Of a stretch of DNA of 64,000 nt, positions 28,776 to 44,479 are shown one piece after another. Origin of the DNA: the human T2T-CHM13v2.0 reference genome, Homo sapiens; assembly GCF_009914755.1 (NCBI RefSeq), contig NC_060930.1. One strand, written 5' to 3'. Position 1 is the stretch's first letter. Each line of letters opens with the position of its first letter. The notes beneath the pieces were generated by a model. The model did not search any database. It had not been told where the DNA came from and saw nothing but the letters and a program-made list of their open reading frames with translations. Position numbers and translations under genes: made by a program.

Positions 28776-31150
28776 TATACTGAGTTGAATAGAGTCCCTG
28801 CCTCCCCCAAAATTCCTGTCCACCTGGACCTCAGAATGTGACCTGATTTGGAAATAGGGTTTTATAGCTGTAATTAGTTAAATTATATTGATGTTATACT
28901 GGATTAGGATTGACCCTAAATACAATGACATATATCCTTATAAGAGAACCATGTGAAGACAGAAGTGATATGGTTTGGATGTGTCCCCACCCAAATATCA
29001 TCTTGAATTGTAACTCCCACAATTCCCACATGTTGTGGGAAGAAAACTCTTTCTTTTGTAGATTGCTCAGTCTCAGGTATGTCTTTAACAGCAGCGTGAA
29101 AATGGACAAAATTGGTACCAGTAGAGTGGGGCATTGCTGAAAAGATAACCAAAAATGTGGAAGCGACTTTGGAACTGGGTAACAGGCAGAGTTTGGAACA
29201 GTTTGGAGGGCTCAGAAGAAGATAGGAAGATGTGGAAAAGTTTGGAACTTCCTAGAGACTTGTTGAATGGCTTTGACAAAAATGCTGATGGTGATAGGAA
29301 CAATAAGGTCCAGAATGAGGTGGTCTCAGATAGAGATGAGGAGCTTCTTGGGAACTGGAGCAAAGGTGACTCTTGTTATGTTTTAGCAAAGACACTAATG
29401 GCACTTTGCCTTGCCCTAGAGATTTGTGGAACTTTGAACTTGAGAGAGATGTTTTAGGGTGTCTGGTAGAAGAAATTTCTAAGCAGCAAAGCATTCAAGA
29501 GGTAACTTGGGTGCTGTTAAAGGCATTCAGTTTTAAAAGGGAAATAGAGCATAAAAGTTTGGGAAATTTGCAGCCTGACAATGAGATAGAAAAGAAAATA
29601 CTATTTTCTGAGGTGAAATTCAAGCCGGCTGCAGAAATTTGCATAAGTATCAAGGAGATGAATGTTAATCCTCAAGACAGTGGGGAAAATGTTTCGAGGG
29701 TATGTCAGAGTTCTTCACAGCAGCCCCTCCCATCACAGGCCTGGAGTTTTAGGAGGAAAAAGTGGTTTCGTGGGCTGGGGCCAGGGTCCCCTTGCTGTTT
29801 GCAGCCTAGGGATTTGGTGCCCTGCATCTCAGTTGCTATAGCCATGGTTGAAAGGGGCCAACATAGAGCTTGGGACATGGCTTCAGAGGGTGCAAGCCCC
29901 AAGCCTTGGCAGCTTCCATGTGGTGTTGAGCCTGTGAGTGCACAGGAGTCAAGAATTGGGGTTTGGGAACCTCTGCCTAGATTTCAGAAGATGTATAGAA
30001 ACACCTGGATGCCCAGGCAGAAGTTTGCTGCAGGGGCAGGGCTCTCATGGAGAATCTCTGCAAGGGTGGTGCAGAAGGGAAATGTTGGTTGGAGCCCCCC
30101 ACAGAGTACCACCTAGTGGAGCTGTGAGAGGAAGGCCACTGTCCTCCAGACCCTGGAATGGTAGATCCACTGACAGCTTGCACCATGTGCCTGGAAAAGC
30201 TGCAGACACTCAACACCAGCCTGTGAAAACAGCTGGGAGGGAGGCTGTACCCAGCAGAGCCACAAGGGCAGAGCTGCCCAAGACAATGGGAGCCCACCTT
30301 TTGCATCAGCATGGCCCCGATGTGAGACATGGAGTCAAAGAAGATAATTTTGGAGCTTTAAGATTCAATATGCCCTGCTGGATTTTGGACTTGCATGGGG
30401 CCTGTAGCCCCTTTGTTTTGGCCAATTTCTCCCATTTGGAATGGCGGTATATATCCAATGTCTGTACCCCCATTGTGTCTAGGAAGTAACTAGCTTGCTT
30501 TTGATTTTACAGTCTCATAGGTGGAAGGGATTGCCTTGTCTGAGATGAGACATTGGACTGTGAACTTTTGAGTTAATGCTGAAATCAGTAAAGAATTTGG
30601 GGGACTGTTAGGAAGGCATGATTGGTTTTTAAATGTGAGAACATGAGATTTGGCAGGGGCCAGGGGTGGAATGATATGGTTTAGCTCTGTCCCCACCCAA
30701 ATATCATCTTGAATTGTAACTCCCATGATTCCCACATGTCATGGGAGGAACCCAGTGAAAGGTGATTTAATTATGGGGATGGATCTTTCCTGCACTGTTC
30801 TCTTGATAGTGAATCAGTCTTATGATATCTGATGGTTTTAAAGAGGGGAGTTTCCTTGCGCAAGCTCTCTTCTCTTGTCTTCTGCCATATAAGACGTGCC
30901 TTTCACCTTCACCATGATTGTGAGGCCTCCCCAGGTTTATTGGAACTGTAAGTCCAATAAACCTCTTTCTTTTGTACATTGCCCAGTCTTGTGAAAAGTA
31001 ACTAACACAAGAAGGATAAGTTGGAGTGAGGCATCTACAAGCCAGCAAACACCAAAGATTGCCAGCAACCTCCAGGAGCTGGGAAGAGACAAGGAAGGAT
31101 TCTTCTCTAGTGCTTTCAGAATGAGCATGGCTCTGCCAGCACTCTGACTT
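28776..31150 (+). mobile_element. MLT1B/C-type LTR split by the THE1 provirus (pieces ~28776-28965 and ~31010-31150)
   Basis: CAGAATGTGACCTGATTTGGAAATAGGG before the provirus; CAAGCCAGCAAACACCAAAGATTGCCAGCAACC after it. Confidence 0.75.
28966..31009 (+). mobile_element. THE1A-like MaLR provirus (deleted 5' LTR, internal region, 3' LTR)
   Basis: TGATATGGTTTGG 5' LTR start, THE1-int ORF remnants (..SLELPRDLLNGFD..WSKGDSCY..CPRDLWNFELERD..), second LTR at 30672-31009, perfect 5-bp TSD AGAAG. Confidence 0.93.
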
Positions 31151-31957
31151 TTTTCCCCTGGTCAATGTTAAAAAATTTCTCTAGCAAGTCCATAATGCTG
31201 TAATTGCCATAGCCTTATATAAATCTTGATATCTGGAGGGCAATTCCCTCTGCTGTTCATTTTGTTTAGGATAATAGAGCAACTGTTGCCAGGGCTCTCC
31301 CCAAATTCTTTTGGATTCATTTGCATTCTCCATTGCACTACCAGTTTTTTCTGGGAGTACTTCCTAATAAATTACTTTCACATGTATCTCTGTCTCAGCG
31401 TTTTCTTCGGAACAAACTTATTTTAAAAAACATCCCATATAGATTTTGGAATATCTCTTCAGGTTACATGAAAATACTGTTGAGATTTTGTTCTGGAATT
31501 ATATAGAATGTATAGATCAGTTTTGGAGCACAATTGTGGCCTTATGATAAGTATTTTTTTACATGTGAATATGAAATATTTTTCCATTTATAGTTCTTTT
31601 AAAACAACTTTTAATAGTTTTAATAATTTTCTGAGTAATGGTCTTGCACATATTTTATTAGATTTATTTCTAGGCACCCTCTAGTTTTTGTTGCTATTGT
31701 AGATGGTGGGGGGTTGCTATAATTATATTTCCTGTTGCTAGTATGTAGAAATGAAATTGATTTTATTTTTGGTTCTATTTTTTGTGTATGTGCCTGGAAA
31801 CTTTTGGTTGAATTCTGGACACTGCATATAATAAATGTGTCTCAGGAATGCTTTGTCAATCTAGAGAAGCCTAAGGACTACTTCTTGAAGAATATTTTTA
31901 AATGCAGAAAATAAAATCTATGAGATTACAAAGAAACCAATTATATGAAAATGTAAC

Positions 31958-32324
31958 TGTATTAGTCTGTTTTCATGCTGCTGATAAAGACATACCCAAG
32001 ACTGGGCAATTTACAAAAGAGAGGGGTTCAATTAGACTTACTGTTCCACGTGGCTGGGGAAGCCTCACAATCATGGCAGAAGACAAGGAGGAGCAAGTCA
32101 CATCTTACATGGATGGCAGCAGGCAAAGAAAGAGCTTGTGCAGAGAAACTGGCATTTCTAAAACTGTCAGATCTCATGAGACCCATTCAATATCATTAGA
32201 ACAGCACAGGAAAGACCCCACCCCGTGATTCAGTCATTTCCCACCAGGTCCCTCCTACAACATGTGGGAATTATCAGAGCTACAAGATGAGATTTGGGTG
32301 GGGACACAGAGCCAAACCATATCA
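31958..32324 (-). mobile_element. THE1 solo LTR
   Basis: TGTATTAGTCTGTTTTCATGCTGCTGATAAAGAC...GCCAAACCATATCA; TSD GTAAC/GGAAC. Confidence 0.92.
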
Positions 32325-33843
32325 GGAACCCTAGTTAAGAATGCTGCAGTTATGGGTGATATTATTATCTTCTTCCAGAGGTGTGTGCTGCAAGCTTTGG
32401 TTAGGAAGATAGAGTGAGTTTGATCATCTTAATCTAATCACGAACTGAGCTAACTTGAGGCTGATCTGCACTTTGGAAGATGTTGTCTCTCTCTGATTTG
32501 CACTCCCCTGCTGGGGTACATCTCTCCGGAAGTTGCAAATAGGTGCTCATTTTAATGTTAGATAACTTTTAACCAAGAGAAAATCCCAACCACCCTGTGT
32601 TTTAGGGAATAGTATATTTGGCAGAAGCAAATACATTTCCACAGATAATAGCCTCAGACAGATTGTAGATATCAAGACATTTAATCACAGGGTTCTGACA
32701 TTTAAGAACTTGGGAGTTTGGAGTTTTGTTGGCTTCCAGAGATAGGCAGAACTTAATAAGCCAAATCAATTATTCTTTAGTTTTCTGCTGAAAAGGCTAT
32801 AAATAGCATTTTACAAGTTCTGTCTGACATCTTTTTATGAGGAACATTATTTCCAATATTTTTGTGACAGAAAGAACATTTCTAAATATATTTGTTAATT
32901 ACCAAATAATAAGGCAAATGAAAGATCAGAGGTCAGTTGCCTTCCACCCTTTCTTTCCATGATTCAAACAAATGTTTAAGATATTTTTAAAGGTACAGTT
33001 TTAACCTTTTGGTTAATTTACATTGTATTTTGGCAACAGAAAGGGTTATATAATAGTGCAGCCTCCATCTACCAAAAAGAGATCTGAGGGGAAAAAAAAA
33101 CCTCACTATTTAAATTTAGAAATCTTGAATGTTTGGTTAAGAAGGAACTGTTTTCCCTTTTGACATTTTTTACAGGCTTTATTGAAACTGGAGCTTTATA
33201 TTCTTTTTTTAAAAAGAAACAACAATAAATATAGTACAGTACTTTCCATAACACATTATTTCAGTGGCTTAAGGTCAGCTGGAAGAAAAATGCAGTTCTC
33301 CACAGTGTGTGGCTTTAAAGTGGTCATTATAATTCTCTACTTTATTCTCCAAATTAGTGCAAACATTTATTGATCACCTCCTGCATGCCATGCACCATGC
33401 TAATCATAAATTATGCGATCCTGGTTCAGAGATCTTTGATTTCTTACCACGCTGGAGTGTTAGCCATACAGGACTGCTTTGTGCTAGGCAAGCCAGCAAG
33501 TCAGGGGCTCAAAAACAAAGCAGAATAAGAAAAATTTCAACAAAACATTCATTTTCAATAAACTCATTTAGCATTTTGCATCCAGAAGGATCTAGAAATT
33601 ATTTTTACTTTCAGCATACATATAAGTTTTGAGTTGTACGGTTTGATATTGTTCTCATTTGAAGTTCATAGTGGGTGTCATAATCTTTTCAGTACTTGGG
33701 AACCACTAAAGTTCTCAAAGTAGTTTGCGTTTTAAGCTCTGACTTTGCCAAGTTGATTGAGAGAAGCTTCAGTGGAAGAAAGGATACTTAATTCACCCAG
33801 CCTGCTTCTCCTTTCCTAGTGCACCCTCTACCAGAATTCCTGA

Positions 33844-34221
<378 letters not shown>

Positions 34222-34571
34222 TGAAAGTGATCATTTTTTCCCCAAGAGTTTGGACAGGAACAGAAAGGGTCAAAAGAAAGTTCTTTAATGATACAATGAG
34301 GACTGCTGTGGTCAGCTTGAAGGTTTCAAGGCAAATCAGGAAGAGGCAGCCCTGTACAATAAGCTTTACTGGGTGATGCTTGAGTGGGGCTGCCTGAGAA
34401 GAGGGGGCTCCCTCGCAGCAGGAGACCCTCCCAGAAGGAGAAGAGGGCAAGGGAACTCCAGGGCCAGAGAGAGTCAAAGAAGGGCCTTATGTGTCTAGGT
34501 GACGTCACTCAGCAACAAGGTGGGGAATGTCTGGGTCAGAGACTTCCAAAGGGCCAAAGTAGTTTGAGATC

Positions 34572-36660
<2,089 letters not shown>

Positions 36661-36719
36661 ATATATAGTGTGTGTATATATGTATAGATACCTGTGTATA
36701 TAATATATTAGAATATGTG

Positions 36720-37709
36720 CAGTTATCCACTGCATAATGACATTTTGGTCAATGATGGACCTCATATATGATGGTGATTTCTTAAGATTATAATGGAGCT
36801 GAAAAATCGCTATTGCTTGGTGACATCATTGCTTCTGTAATGTTGTAATGCAACACTTGATTCATGTGTTTGTGGTGCTGCTTGTGTGTACAAGCCTACT
36901 GAGCTGCAATCATATAATAGTATAGCATATACAGTTATGTAGAGTACACAATACTTGATAATGATAATAAGCAACTATGTTACTGGTTTATGTATTTACC
37001 ATACTATACTTTTTATTGTTATTTTAGAGTGTGCACCTATTTATTAAAAAATTAACTATAACACAGCCTCAGGCAGGCCCTTCAGGAGGCATCCAGAAGA
37101 AGGCATTGTGACCATAGGAGACGACAGCTCCATGTATGTTATTGCCCCTGAGGACCTCCCAGTGGGACAAGATGTGGAGTTGGAAGACAGTGATATGGAT
37201 GATCCTGAACCTACATGGGCCTAGGCTAATGTGTGTGTCTGTGTCTTAGTCTTTAATAAAAAGTGAAAAAAAAATTTTAATAGAAAAAAGCTTATAGAAT
37301 AGGGATATAAAGAAAGTATTTTGTATAGCTGTACAGTATGTTTGTGTTTTAAGCTGAATATTATTACAGGAGAGCCAAAAAGTTACAAAAAAATTAAAAA
37401 GTTTATTAAGTGAATAAGTTACAGTAAAGTAAGGTTAATTTATTATTGAAGAAATAAATGTAGTGTTCCCTAAGTGTACAGTGCTCATAAAGTCTATCAT
37501 AGTGTGCGGTACAGTCCTAGGCCTTCACATTCACTCACCACTCACTCACTGACATCAGAGCAACTTCTAGTCCTGCAGGCTTCATTCGTGGTAAGTGCCC
37601 TGTACAGGTGTACCACTTAAATAACTTTTAAAATACCCTTCACTCTGATGTTTGCATAATGACAAAATCGCCTAATGACATAGCCCTGTAGTTAAGTGAC
37701 ACATGACTG
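36720..37709 (+). mobile_element. Tigger3-type (Golem) non-autonomous DNA transposon
   Basis: Ends CAGTTATCCACTGCATAATGAC... and ...GTTAAGTGACACATGACTG; internal AAGATTATAATGGAGCTGAAAAAT. Confidence 0.85.
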
Positions 37710-39074
37710 TATATACATTCTATCATGTATGTACATATATGACATTATGTTAATATAAAGACTAATACAGCGTAGTTCATAGGAACAAGGTTCATCTTAC
37801 CTGTGGCTTAGCAGATGTTGGGCACAGTTTTGTGGGCTATGTAAAGTAGGTAGGCTCCAAATTGCCAAAAATAGATTTCTCTGGACTATATTTAAAGCAA
37901 TCAATGTGGAAGAATTTGAGTTTGGTGCCAGTGGGCTTTGAGCTAGTGGTCTAGCCTGCTGTGAAGGCCTAAACAACATTGTAGGCCAACACACGAGGCC
38001 ACGTCTGGCTCATTTATATAACTGCTATGGAGGAAAAAGAGGAGAGTCTTTCATCAGTAAACATCTCAGTAGCTAATGGTGCTTTCCCTAATTCTGGGGT
38101 TCTTTCTATTACGAGGTGGCAATGAGCTTGCGGTTGTATGTTTGCTGTAAACTCTTTGTCACCCTTGCTTGTCTACACCACACCAGGCTGGAGAGGGAAG
38201 CGAGGGCTCAGGTAACGGTGGCAGCAGTTATAAAAATAGCTGAATCCTCTCGGCCACCATCCCCGTTCTGGATTTTCCCTGGCAGAGTTCCAGGCGGTTC
38301 CACGTGCTTTCCCTGGCTAGCAGCCAGTTTAGTGCACCCACTACAGCCACTGGTGTGTTTGCTTAAAAATGTTTTTCTTGTTTTCTGATTAAAATATGTG
38401 AAATGCTTATCATAAATCATCTGGGAACAGGAAAATAGAGACTTAAAAGTGACCTATATCATAGATAAGTGCTAACACTTTGATGTACTTTTTCTTAGTC
38501 TTTTAAAGGGCATGTTTATAATATTGAACATCATTACTGCTTTGTATTCAGGTTTTTGCACCTAAGTTAAGTCATATGCCTTTCCTGTGTCATTAAATAT
38601 GTTTTTGAAGCATATTTAATGCTAGCATGAAATTACACTCTATGGTCATAGTATGTTTGTCCAGTTATTGGACATTCAGGTTGGTACCCAACTGGCCCAC
38701 TGGTAGCCAATGCTGCAGTTGCTACTGGGGCCCAGGCCACCCCTGCTGCTGTGCCTCCAGATGAGACTGGAAAGGGCTCCTGCCCCATCAGTGTTCACAC
38801 TCCTACACATCAAAGTAAAAAGCTCTTTCTTGGTTTCTTTCTGCATCTCTGATCTTATGACATTTCATTAAGCTCATTCTATCAAAAGAATACAAACCTT
38901 CTCTCTGAGAACTGGTGAAACTTCCAAAAGCCAATAAAAACAAACTGGTTTGGAAAAGGAGAGAAAGCCTGGGCTGAAAAAAGGCTACAAGGGTGACAAC
39001 TGAGGCACTGTCTCAATAAGGACACTGTGCAGAAACTTGATGTGTTCAGGCTAAATTTATGCCAGAGCCCACAG

Positions 39075-39825
39075 TGGGCCACTTCACACCTGTGGCTGTT
39101 ATTAAAGAAGAAAAATAACAAATGTTGGCATGGATGTGGAGAAATCGGAACCCTCATAGATACCAGTTGCTGGTGGGAATGTAAAACGGTATGGTTGCTG
39201 TGAACACATGGAGTGGTTTCTCAAAAAGTTAAACATAGAATTACCATATGAACAACCAGTTTTACTCATAGGCATATACCCAAAAGAGCTGAAAGCACGG
39301 ACTTGTACACATACTTATACATCAATGTTCATAACAGCATTATTCACAGTAGCCAAAAGGTGCAAACAAACCAAACACGTGTCAACGAGTGAATGGATCA
39401 GCAAAATGTGAAATATACAATGGAATATTATTCAGCCTTAGAAAGGAAGTTCTGACACACGCTATGACATGGATGAACCTTGAGGACAATATGCAAAGTG
39501 AAATATGCCAGTCATAACAGGACAAATGCTGTATGCCTCCACTTATATGAGGTCCCTGGAGTACTCAAATGCATAGAGACAGAAAGTAGAATGCTGGTTG
39601 CCAGAGGCTGGAGGGAGGAGGAAGTGGGGAGTGAGAGTTTAATCATTACTGAGTTTCATTTTTTCAAGATGAAAAAGAGTTCTGGAGATGGATGATGAAG
39701 ACAGTTTTACAACAACGTGAATGTCCTTAACGCCACTGAATGGTACATTAAAAATAGTTAAGATGGTACATTTTATGTTATGTATACTTTATGTTATGTA
39801 TATTTTATATATAATAAAAAGACAA
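39075..39825 (+). mobile_element. L1MB-type 3' end
   Basis: ORF2 C-terminal remnant (LKKLNIELPY..IGIYPKELK..MFITALFTVAK) plus 3' UTR. Confidence 0.9.
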
Positions 39826-40066
39826 GAACAACACAGTGGGTTGCACAGCAGCAGGGGTGGAGCCAGAGGCTGGAATCTATTAGAAAAGTGAAAGACTGAA
39901 AAAAAAGTCAAGGTTGACTGAAGTCCCAGGACAGGGATTATGCCCATCTTGTTAGTATCATATCCTCCAATCTAGACTAGCACCTGACATCTAGCTCAAG
40001 GTTTAGTGAATAAATGAACTAAGCTGGAAAAGATAAGCACAAGCTCAGGGGGCAAAGTAAGTCCAC

Positions 40067-40620
40067 TGTGCCAGTTATTATGTTATCCCTCAATAAGCAG
40101 CTGTCTATGCTCAGCTGTGTGATGCTCGAGCTAAGGCTCTGCAAACATGTCTGCTATGCCACTGGCTCTCTCTTAGGTTTTGCTAACAGGGGGCTCAAGA
40201 GAGAAGGCTGGAGGAGGAGGAAAGGGAACACACTCCTTTCTGCTTGCTCCCTATGGGATCCATGTCTGCTTGTGATCCTGTGATTCTCATCTTAACGATC
40301 TTCCTCCAGCCATGCTTCTTCACCCTCGCAGCTGGAAGTCCTTCCGTAGCAGCAGCTGAGGCCACTTTGCAGTTGTTCCAGCACAGGCAGCACCAGCATC
40401 ATCAGATTGCACTTCAGAGATCCCAGCACTTTCTTGCTGCCAGGAAGGTGCCCCTTCCTCAGAAGCCTGGATCCCAGCAAAAATGGTGTCTCCTCTAGAT
40501 TTACTAGTTTTAATAATGCAAATCCTTCCCTCTGTGCCCTCAGTCCTAGGAAATCTGTTCCTGTGATGCTACTTTGGGGTGCTTTAGTTTTCCTCTTGGC
40601 CTTTCAATTTAGTTAACAAA
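40067..40620 (+). mobile_element. LTR41-like ERVL LTR
   Basis: TGTGCCAGTTATTAT start; CTGTGTGATGCTCGAGCT...GCAAACAT...TTAGGTTTTGCTAACAGGGGGC. Confidence 0.55.
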
Positions 40621-43600
40621 ATACATAAATACATAGATAAAATTACTCATGCTCAACAATTGTCAACATTCCATAGTTCCTTTTTATTTAACTCCACTCC
40701 TGTCTTGTTGTTGTTATTCGTAGTTATTGCTGCTGAAGAATTTTAAAGCCAATCCCAGATGGTGTGTCTCCCATAAATATCTTTGTGTGTGTCTTTGGAG
40801 GTTATTCTTGAGCTAAGAAGGGGATTTTCTCTTAAATCAAGTGACTATTGAAGGTCATGCCCTTAAATCAAGTGAATATCTTTGCAGATAAAGATATTTG
40901 ACATGGACATGCAGGAGAAAGGGATGCTCCCAGGCCTGCCGTATCAGCAACCAATCAGAACTACTCAATGGAGTGGCAGCTCCTATGACCAGATGGCCTG
41001 GGCAGCTAAGTCTGGAGTTCAAAAACCCCAGACTCCCCATCACTTGATGGAGAGTGAGTAATTCTTTTACTTACTAGGGCAGATCACATGTATATTTTTG
41101 GCCCCACTTTATCAGATACAACCCATTGTTTCATTGGTTAGATATGACAAAATGACAAAAGTTTGAGTGGCCAACCAACGAAGACTAGTCCTGTGCAATA
41201 TTGATAGGTTGGATACTGGTAGTTACTGCTACTGCAACATCAGATATGAGCTTCCAAGCACCACTCTAAGGAATAGAGGGACTCTCATTTGCCAAATACA
41301 TTGACAAGTAATCCAAAAATACACTAAACCTTTCTGAGATTGAAAACTGAAGAAAAGAGATTGTCATGAACTCAAAAGACCTTTTTGATAAAAAGAAAAG
41401 TGTTAGCATAACTTTGACTTGGAGGAAGAGCATTGTGGCTCTATGAAGCAGCCCACAGCTTGGCCTTATGCCCAAGATCCTTGTTTAGCAGATGCTAGAG
41501 AGGAGATGCCCAATTCCCCAGCTCCTCCTCCACTATGATCTTTTCAGAACCTTTAAAAAATCTGTGTCACAGCAGATAAGAACTTAAGGGTGATCTCTTT
41601 TCCTGGTGCTGTCTCTTTGTTCTCCTGGAGCTTACCTGAACGGGAATTCACCACCAGGGTTTTGAATCTCCTGGTAAGTTCCACTCGATGGTTGACTAGC
41701 ATCATTACTACCTTAGCATGGTCAGGTGCTTGCTGTCTCCTCTTTCAATATTGGTTTTGAAGGGTCACCTAAGCAGCCTTCTTTACCAAATGACCAAAAA
41801 CTGCAATTTTCCTAATTCCACAGCTAGACAAGCCCTGGAACCAACCGAACTCCCAGCCGCCAGGCTGCAGTGCAAGAGCTAAGAGTAGTTTGGAGAAAGC
41901 CACATGTGCTTAAGAGAAGTCAAAGAGGCAAATTCAATAGAGGGAGCAATGCACAGGGCCCAGGATCCAGAAACCTGGAGCAGGATACAGGTATTACAGA
42001 CCAGAAGTAGGTTTAGAGGGCCAGGGGAAGCTGATGGGGAATGGGAGAGAGGAGGTGGGAGACAGGGAGACGGATAGTTTCCTGGGCTGTTTGGTCCCTT
42101 TCTTGGGTGATACTGCATTTATCTGCAAGGCACAGAATTTGTTGATGAAGAACACAAACATTGGAGCCCCAATGCCAGAACCTATATTCTGGATGTACCA
42201 GCACACTAGCTATTTACTCCAAACAAGTACCTGAACCTTCTGTAACTCAGTTTCCTTATCTATACATGGGGGATCATTATAATGTTTTTCTCATAGGCAG
42301 TTGTGAAGATGAACTGAGTTGCCATGTGTAAAGTGCATAGCATAGCACGTAGTACACAGTAAGCACTGCATCCGTGTCAGTTATGATCACCTCTAAGCCC
42401 TCAGGGCCTCAGCCATGGGTGAGAAGTGGTTATGGAAACAGAAATGCCTCAAACTGGCACCCATAATGCTTATTAAACATGTTACGGGCAGCTTTCACAT
42501 GCCCAACCTGCTGAGGTTGCAGAGCAGCCCTTATGATCTTTATTCTACACAGGAGAGGCTGAGACTCAGAGAGGTTAACTTGTTCTGACTCACACAGCAA
42601 GCTGGTGGCAGAATTCCTAAGATGTAGCACTATACATACTTTCTGCTCCACTTGCATCCTCCCTCCTCCTCTGCCCCCTTAGCCTTCATGGAATTGTGGG
42701 CATCCCTAAGACCATGCCTGGTGAAATCGGCATCAATTTAATAAAAAGCAGAATGCAACGCAAGAGGCAAATGCCTGACTGGCTTCTGAGGGGCTGAGCA
42801 GTGACATGCTACTTATAGGACCTTTCTATGCAGCTGCTCTGTGGTCCCAGGACCCCTGTGGGGTCCTGAGCAGCTGTGATCCAAACTCAGGAGCTGCTGC
42901 TACTCTTGGAAGCTTTGGTGCTCCTGGGCCACAGATGTACTGGACAGAAATCACAAGGTCAAGGAAGGAGACTCAAGCCCAGAGTCACCTCTACTGTGCC
43001 CAGCATAGTGCTCAGCACAAAACTGGCCCCTTTAGCCACTCATTTATTTACAGGTAAACGGGGGCATTTGAGTATATAATCTCAATGCAAAAGGCTGCAT
43101 TTCTCTTATACGAAAAGACCCTTGAGAGTTTATATGTGAAAGGAGAAAAAGAAGAGGAGGAGGGGGGAAATAGAAACCAAAAACTCAATTCTTTTCTTTT
43201 CTTTCTTTAACAGGTTCATATTTGCTGTTCTGTTGTTCTTGGTCGTGGCAGTAATTCAAAGTCTCAAGTATGCAAAAACCAGTTGGAAATGTTTTAAAAG
43301 GGCAGCCAAGTAGGCATTTCTCTTCCAAATAACAAGCTTGATTCCACTGTTGGATTTTTAAAAAACTTTTATTTATCTTCACCAATTATTTAACTTTGAT
43401 TTTCATGCCTTCTCACTGAATAAATATTCCTAAATAGGTTAAAATAACAGAGAAATGAAATCATCTAAAGACATTAGTCACACAGTGTGCTCTGGTGATA
43501 AGACTCCTGGACTGCATGAGGAAAAAGTGTTGCTTCTGGCCCTGCCATGAAGTTGTTGTGTGATCGTGGAAGCCGTTCACCATCTCTGGACCTGTTCCTT

Positions 43601-43897
43601 CCCCTGTCAAATTAAATGGGGAGGGCTCTCAGGTGGGCAATTACTATTTTTTTGATGTTCACTTTCTATCTCCTTTTTCTTTTGGTAATGAGACCCTGTA
43701 TTTCCTTTGGGGAACCACCCCTCTTCTACAGTCAGTCATTTAGTTCAGCTGGGGGACCACCATGAGCTTGAGATGTGGGATCCCCTCTGTGACAGTGGGA
43801 GTTGGAAAGGATGCTTCTCATAGCATGAAAGGATAACTAGAAACAACATTTTTATGAAAGTAAAAATGGCTAGCAAGTCAAACTATTTCTTATCTCC

Positions 43898-44479
43898 TGT
43901 ATTAGTCAGCGACTGCTGCGTAACAAATTACTATGAACTTAGCAGCCAGAACAACACACACTTATTATCTCAGTGTTTCTGCAGGTCAGAAGCCTGGGCA
44001 TGGCTCATCTGGGTTCTGAGCTTCAGCATCTCACTAGGCTGAAGTCAATGTGTTGACTCAGCTGCAGTGTCATCAGAGACTCAACCAGGGAAGGATCCAC
44101 TCCCAAGCTCCCTCAGCTTGTTGGCAGAATTCATTTCCTTCTTCTTGCAGGGTTGAGGCTTTGCATTCTTGCTGAAGCTGCTCTCAGCAATGGCAGTTTG
44201 CCTGCAGTTCCTTGCCATATGGGCTTCTTCACCATGGCCACTTACTTCATGTCAGATTTTTCAAGGCCAGTAAGGGAGAGTACAGTATGTCTGCTCCTAA
44301 GAGGGAGACTTATATATATGGTAACTTAATCATAAAGGGACATCCCATTATCTCTGCCATATCCTGTTAGTTACAAGTAAGTCCCAGGTCCTGCCCACAC
44401 TCAAGGGGAGGAGAGTACCCAGAGGCATGATCCCAGAAGGTGGGTGTCTTTGGGGGTCACTTTGGGTCTTTCCACTACA
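43898..44479 (-). mobile_element. MLT1E/F-type LTR
   Basis: TGTATTAGTCAG...CTGCGTAACAAATTAC...GTTGGCAGAATTCATTTCCTT...CCACTACA. Confidence 0.8.

Noticed and set aside
29373-30116. 247-aa ORF as a host gene
   Set aside because: It is a frameshift-bounded piece of the THE1 internal ORF with a non-ATG start.
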